Shown piece by piece: positions 63,671-64,000 of a stretch of DNA of 64,000 bases; position 1 is the stretch's first letter, and every line of letters begins with the position of its first letter. The notes under the pieces are model-generated. The model saw nothing but the letters and a program-made list of their open reading frames with translations. It made no database searches and was not told where the DNA came from. The stretch is from Heterodontus francisci (lineage: Eukaryota). The DNA is taken from contig NC_090390.1 in assembly GCF_036365525.1 (NCBI RefSeq), positions 56,898,153-56,962,152 of the forward strand, read 5' to 3'. Both the position numbers and the translations under genes were made by a program.

Positions 63671-64000
63671 GATAAAGTTGTGGTGCGGGAAGGAGGTGAA
63701 AGTAAGAGATGCATATTTAGACCATCTGCAATTTGTAAATCAGAAATGGGTAGGGGTTGAGGGGAGGTAGGATGTGAGAAGGAGGGTTGGATATGAGGAG
63801 ACTGTTACCTTCAGTGGTTTCAGCCCCACTGTTGGCAACAGCCACAGCAATGGGTGTCCCAATAATGGCCAGCACTGTCTCCTCCACAGGGTTTAAGACA
63901 TGCAGGTGCGCCTGTCCCCATCTGGTTAGTTCCTGCTGTCGCTGATTGTGCACCAACTTCCTTCAAGAGAGAGGGAAGTGTGTCAGTGTCGTGCATTCTC

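Larger units (their letters stand above)
59033..64000. mobile_element. Degraded Harbinger transposon: transposase remnants (+, about 59700-60590) and Myb/SANT partner remnants (-, about 62000-64000)
   Basis: VNTRYPGSSRDAF, IEQTLGIMKQRF, GGVLQY...VVCMLHNLA (HARBI1-like); HNQRQQELTRWG..LHVLNPVEETVLAIIG (Myb/SANT partner-like); extends past the window. Confidence 0.75.

Noticed and set aside
1-64000. CRISPR array or prokaryotic defence/RT system
   Set aside because: No regularly spaced repeat-spacer array; all RT ORFs are eukaryotic LINE or Gypsy type and the host gene is spliced

Overview
Vertebrate nuclear DNA, almost certainly a shark or other elasmobranch (HE1/V-SINEs, shark-type CR1/L2 LINEs, DeuSINE). 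The only host gene I can identify securely is IKZF5 (Pegasus) on the + strand, with three coding exons (18999-19131, 21763-21945, 26382-27316; 416 aa) driven from a CpG island at about 14.4-15.3 kb. That island probably also drives a divergent gene (candidate first coding exon 14188-14162; ACADSB by synteny only). A second, orphan, apparently bidirectional CpG island lies at about 50.3-51.6 kb. Most of the rest is transposable elements: two CR1 families, L2, RTE, three SINE families, hAT and Harbinger DNA transposons and MITEs, a solo LTR, and a nest of three Gypsy LTR elements (36795-47957, two of them SCAN-bearing Gmr1-like). Five 100-170 bp Penelope-type mini-elements also occur, one retaining a minimal hammerhead ribozyme core. 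I see no CRISPR-like array or clearly new multi-gene system. The best leads are the ribozyme-bearing mini-elements, the orphan bidirectional promoter, the RGEKP linker in IKZF5 and the nested LTR cluster. Boundaries of old repeats are approximate and all homology calls are from recalled sequences, not searches.
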